A DNA stretch of 64,000 bases from Candidatus Gottesmanbacteria bacterium (GTDB lineage: Bacteria; Patescibacteriota; Microgenomatia; UBA10105; UBA927). Every line of letters starts with the position of its first letter. Position 1 is the stretch's first letter. The notes under the pieces were generated by a model. That model ran no database searches, was not told the origin of the DNA, and saw only the letters and a program-made list of their open reading frames with translations. The stretch covers positions 1,098,053 through 1,162,052 of the forward strand of contig JAHFKK010000001.1 of the NCBI GenBank assembly GCA_023245335.1, in the 5' to 3' direction. The position numbers were made by a program, and so were the translations under genes. Below, piece by piece: positions 60,454 through 64,000 of this stretch.

Positions 60454-61320
60454 ATGGATTCATTCCTAGACCGTATAGACCGCTCACCCATACTTGCCCA
60501 GTTCATCCCGCTTACCCTCACGGTAGTCGTCATGGCGGTACTCATCGCCATTCTGCATGGCTCACTTCTTCTCTTTAATACGCTACCCGTCTCTCAACGG
60601 ATTGTCATGAATTTACGCTGGTATGACATAGTGATCGGTGCCACTATTTATCTCAAAACAAGTATCGACTTTGCCATATTTATGGGCCGTATGATGGCCG
60701 CAAACCCGGGCTGGCGCAACCGCGTGGCGATCGAAATCGGCACGGCCGCGGGGAACGCAATCGGCACTATCGCGATTATCGGCTTATGGGTGCTCCTGAA
60801 AGACATCAGCATTCTCCTTGCGCTCATGGTATTTATCGCTTCACTGGTTTTATTTGAGCTGGCGCACAGTTCTCTCGAACATTTCGTCAGCTGGCAGGCA
60901 GAAGGAGGCATCAAGCGCATGGCATTCTTGGGCCTCCACAATCTCCTGGATGGGGTGAAGAAGCTTATTGACCCCATACTGGTCCGCGTCATGCCGGATT
61001 TGGGTGCGAAAATGCGTGGCCGCGCGGATCTTCCCTGGGCGGGGCTCCTCAGCTTTGCTGTCACCGTACCGTTTATCCTGGGACTCGATGATTTTGCCGG
61101 CTACGTGCCGCTTTTTAATGTCGTCAACGTCTATGGATTTGCGGTCGGCGTTATAGGGGCACATACACTACTCAACATTGCTCTTTTTCTCTCCCCGGCC
61201 CGCACGATACGGGCAGTCCAAAATGAAGTTGTTTCTTTCTTAGGCGCTCTTGCGTTTATCGGGCTTGGAGTTTATGGATTGATAGAGACGGGGAAGATAC
61301 TCATACAACTTGTTCGGTAG
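60454..61320 (+). CDS. CadD/LysE-like membrane transporter
   Basis: Internally repeated motifs TSIDFAIF and GLDDFAGYVPLF resemble CadD T.ID / DN..YVPLF; ~7 TMs. Confidence 0.6.
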   Translation: MDSFLDRIDRSPILAQFIPLTLTVVVMAVLIAILHGSLLLFNTLPVSQRIVMNLRWYDIVIGATIYLKTSIDFAIFMGRMMAANPGWRNRVAIEIGTAAGNAIGTIAIIGLWVLLKDISILLALMVFIASLVLFELAHSSLEHFVSWQAEGGIKRMAFLGLHNLLDGVKKLIDPILVRVMPDLGAKMRGRADLPWAGLLSFAVTVPFILGLDDFAGYVPLFNVVNVYGFAVGVIGAHTLLNIALFLSPARTIRAVQNEVVSFLGALAFIGLGVYGLIETGKILIQLVR

Positions 61321-61326
61321 AAAATA

Positions 61327-61665
61327 TTAGAGCCCGCGAACCTTTATACCTTGTTTCCCCCACGCTTTCTGAATGTCTTTTGTTCGCTTATCCAGTTCAT
61401 CTGCTTTTCTCAATAATGCTGTTGACGCTTCGCTTGACCGTGCAAACAGCGACCGCCGGGCAAAACTATTCGCGCTATTTCGAAGTCTGAGTACGACTTC
61501 AATCTGAGAAGCAACTTCCCGTAAGTCTTCTTTGTGTATTACTGTTACCACAACTCTCCTGTCATAACGGCCGCCTTTAGTTCGGATAACGAATGGCTCT
61601 TGGACCCTAGGTCTCCATAACCAGTCATGCGTAGGCTGTATATCTCCGGTTGGTTCCACTTTCAT
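61327..61665 (-). CDS. Small basic hypothetical protein
   Basis: 112-aa ATG ORF. Confidence 0.5.
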   Translation of the reverse strand: MKVEPTGDIQPTHDWLWRPRVQEPFVIRTKGGRYDRRVVVTVIHKEDLREVASQIEVVLRLRNSANSFARRSLFARSSEASTALLRKADELDKRTKDIQKAWGKQGIKVRGL

Positions 61666-61709
61666 AAGATGTGTATCCTAATAAATTATCCCAAAAAAAG
61701 CAACTCCCG

Positions 61710-62060
61710 TTACCAATCCTCGAATACACCGCCGCCGAGATACTGATCCACTCGAAATGCCCGAATAGTAAGTTGCTGTATGGCCGAACCAAGCCGCTTC
61801 CGATACGGATCCGCTTCAGAAAGGCTATGGTATAAAGCCTGTTTTTCCCGAATTAGTTTTTCCAGCTTGCCAAGCGTCTGAGCGAGGGGGTTATCCGTTC
61901 TGAATCGGATACGGCCCGGCTCTCTTCGAGCGCTCCTGCCTCCGCGGCCTTTTTCATTTGGGATTACTAACTCCACATGGGGAGAAGGTCTGGGCGGTCT
62001 GATAGGCCTGCCAGGCGTAAATGCACGACCTTTAAATTCGGGAGTTGGCGGTACTGACAT
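61710..62060 (-). CDS. Small Arg/Pro-rich hypothetical protein
   Basis: TACAAT 8 nt upstream of the ATG. Confidence 0.5.
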   Translation of the reverse strand: MSVPPTPEFKGRAFTPGRPIRPPRPSPHVELVIPNEKGRGGRSARREPGRIRFRTDNPLAQTLGKLEKLIREKQALYHSLSEADPYRKRLGSAIQQLTIRAFRVDQYLGGGVFEDW

Positions 62061-62108
62061 AATGCCGTATTGTACCGGAATCAGGCTGGGACACGCAAAT
62101 ACATAGAC

Positions 62109-62438
62109 TCAGACTGCTAACGGCAAATCGTCGTTTTGAACCCTAAATTGCCGCAGAAATGCTTTTGTACGTGCATATTGAATTTCATACGGAGCCCTTC
62201 GGGTGCCATATCTTGCCGAGGATAGTTCCTGTAATATATCCCGAAACTGCATGAATTGGTCATACGGCAGACTCAAATGCCACATCCGTACACCACGCGC
62301 GCTCGTTTCACCCACCGTGGTTACAAGCCGACCAACTTCATTTATTTCAAACGTACCGTATTGGATGAACTCTATGCGGGGACGATGACGGAATAAATAG
62401 TGCGGGCGTACAACTCTATTTTCAGCCAGGATGGCCAT
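62109..62438 (-). CDS. Small basic hypothetical protein
   Basis: 109-aa ATG ORF. Confidence 0.5.
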   Translation of the reverse strand: MAILAENRVVRPHYLFRHRPRIEFIQYGTFEINEVGRLVTTVGETSARGVRMWHLSLPYDQFMQFRDILQELSSARYGTRRAPYEIQYARTKAFLRQFRVQNDDLPLAV

Positions 62439-62590
62439 ACGTTACCCGAAATATATACCTAAACACCTCGAGTTTGCAACTTTTTCGAAAAAAACGTTGT
62501 CAAACCAATGCAAATACGTTAATACTCGCAACAATTCCGATTGTGAAGGGTATATCGCGATGTCGCCGTCAAATCAAATTCCGTGACGGA

Positions 62591-62947
62591 TTAATAGACT
62601 AAATCTCGTATAGAGCCTGGCTCGATACCGTGTTTACCCACGACAATTCCCTTACGAAACAGGTGCCAGCGCGTGATGAGAGCGGCATCGCGCAGATATT
62701 GCGCTTTCATTTTCGAGGAACGCTGCGCTCTTCGTTCCAACTGAAGCACCCGCACAATATCCGGCAAATTCGTCTGGATATCCTCGGCTGTGCCGCCTCG
62801 TACTCTGGTAGGAAGGTGGAAATGCCCGTTTCCGTCACGGAGAGATATTTGTACGGTGTGGCGGCGGGAAAGCCAACCTTTTATCCCCGGTTCTTTTGTA
62901 ACCGGACTGCACGCAAATTCCGCTGTTGGTCCATTCTGGCCCATCAT
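62591..62947 (-). CDS. Small basic hypothetical protein
   Basis: TAGGAT 9 nt upstream of the ATG. Confidence 0.5.
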   Translation of the reverse strand: MMGQNGPTAEFACSPVTKEPGIKGWLSRRHTVQISLRDGNGHFHLPTRVRGGTAEDIQTNLPDIVRVLQLERRAQRSSKMKAQYLRDAALITRWHLFRKGIVVGKHGIEPGSIRDLVY

Positions 62948-63051
62948 GCTGACCGCATCCTACCGTTTCAGCCTCAAAATTGCAACCTATGCGCATGGCA
63001 CGACGACGGTTTGACTTTACCCTGCTACGGATCTATAGTGCGGCTGAAACT

Positions 63052-63270
63052 ATGAGCGTTATCCACGAAGTCGCTCAGAGAAACGTAGATGAAAATCCCG
63101 TCTATACAGTACAGGATGTGTTACAACGCGGCCGGATACTTGCGTATCCTCACCAAACCGGACCGTTTGTAGTGGGTGATGGATATGTCGGCGACAGATT
63201 CGTAGCACCGATAGAGACCACAATCTCAGTGGAGGGCCACATTGACACCATAGAAGACCTGACCCCCTGA
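63052..63270 (+). CDS. Small hypothetical protein
   Basis: TTGACT-17-TATAGT promoter 12 nt upstream of the ATG at 63052. Confidence 0.45.
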   Translation: MSVIHEVAQRNVDENPVYTVQDVLQRGRILAYPHQTGPFVVGDGYVGDRFVAPIETTISVEGHIDTIEDLTP

Positions 63271-63279
63271 CCGACAAGA

Positions 63280-63696
63280 TCAATAGAGATCCTGAGGCGC
63301 GAAAAGCAACCCTATCTCTTTTTGCGCCGCCTCGGCGGAATCGGAACGGTGAACGACGTTATGAGGCTTGTCGACGCCGTAGTCTCGACGGATGGTACCG
63401 GGCTTCGCTTCAGCCGGATCCGTAGGACCGCATATATCAAAGACTTTTTGAATCGCTCCCTCGCCGGTAAGAACCATGGCAACCACAGGGGTCGACATCA
63501 TTTGTTTGGAAAGCTCTGGGAAAAACGGTTTGTCTTTGTGATGGGCATACCACACATCAAGGATGTGCTGAGTCAGTTGGACCAGCTTTAATGCGGTAAG
63601 AGATAGTCCTGCGCGTTCAAACCGATCGATAATCTGACCGACGACGTGCTTTTCCATCCCATCGGGTTTAATAAGAACGACTGTTTTTTCTATCAT
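63280..63696 (-). CDS. ndk: Nucleoside diphosphate kinase
   Basis: EKT.VLIKPDG, H.DKPFF, GPTDP.EA.PGTIR.DYG and N.VH.SDS motifs. Confidence 0.97.
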   Translation of the reverse strand: MIEKTVVLIKPDGMEKHVVGQIIDRFERAGLSLTALKLVQLTQHILDVWYAHHKDKPFFPELSKQMMSTPVVAMVLTGEGAIQKVFDICGPTDPAEAKPGTIRRDYGVDKPHNVVHRSDSAEAAQKEIGLLFAPQDLY

Positions 63697-63932
63697 ATTT
63701 TCTCCTTTTTATGCCAATGAAACATCATACCCAATCTCGGAATTGTCTCTATGCTTTCCTCTCCGAATTTTTGTCGGAGTCTTTGCGTCGTAGCAGTTAC
63801 AGAAACCTCTGTAACACCAAGTAATACCGCTAACTCTCCCCTATTCCAACGCCTGTCAGCTATAAGCTTAAGAAGCTCATGTTCCCCCTCCGTAACACGC
63901 ACGCCCATATATGTTTGTTGATTTTTAGTCAT
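63693..63932 (-). CDS. Small winged-HTH protein
   Basis: TEGEHELL..I, ELA..LGVT..SV.....RLRQK.G...IETI.RLG (OmpR-C/HTH_11-like). Confidence 0.6.
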   Translation of the reverse strand: MTKNQQTYMGVRVTEGEHELLKLIADRRWNRGELAVLLGVTEVSVTATTQRLRQKFGEESIETIPRLGMMFHWHKKEKI

Positions 63933-64000
63933 TTTGCGAAGGGTTTTAAGTATATCAGGTTTGAGTATGAAAAAAAATATCTTGAATCTTCCCCTCTCGC

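Noticed and set aside
1-64000. Alternative genetic code (TGA=Gly as in Gracilibacteria/Absconditabacteria, or TAG recoding)
   Set aside because: Conserved genes are full-length under code 11 and end at TGA (deoC, ndk, glgA) or TAG (mreB, gnd) at the expected positions

Overview
A 64-kb chromosomal segment, most likely from a Candidate Phyla Radiation (Patescibacteria, Microgenomates-like) bacterium. This is an inference from the N-terminally extended L1, the archaeal-type PPAT-DUF359 fusion, many small orphan ORFs and scarce Shine-Dalgarno sites. The genetic code looks standard (11). Housekeeping content: nusG, rplK-rplA, L10 leader-rplJ-rplL, a galT-like gene, a coaD fusion, deoC, an oxidative pentose-phosphate cluster (zwf-gnd-pgl-rpiB-rpe), glgA, four GT4s, a GT26, mreB, maf, ndk, tRNA-Arg(CCT) and tRNA-Pro(CGG). 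The most striking part is a ~24.5-kb cell-surface locus (18.5-43 kb). A membrane-embedded one-component regulator of unusual architecture (excisionase/BldC-type HTH, ~9 TM, dCache sensor, TM, no kinase) overlaps the start of a ~3,200-aa collagen-like protein. That protein has ~630 Gly-X-Y triplets (a ~523-triplet core appears uninterrupted) and a phage-tailspike-type autocleaving chaperone motif. Next to it lie GT-C/TMTC-like glycosyltransferases, a GDP-fucose synthase-like enzyme, a sugar C-methyltransferase and an SxtI/J/K-like carbamoyltransferase triad. Both ends of the locus carry similar helically phased TTTAC(A/C)A repeats. Other oddities: a 42-bp duplication of the rplL 3' end, window-wide leaderless-type promoters, a catalytically degenerate Fic-HTH with an inverted-repeat operator, heptamer-repeat hairpins in ribosomal-protein leaders, and two interrupted ORFs. 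All family assignments come from motif recognition by eye; no database searches were run.
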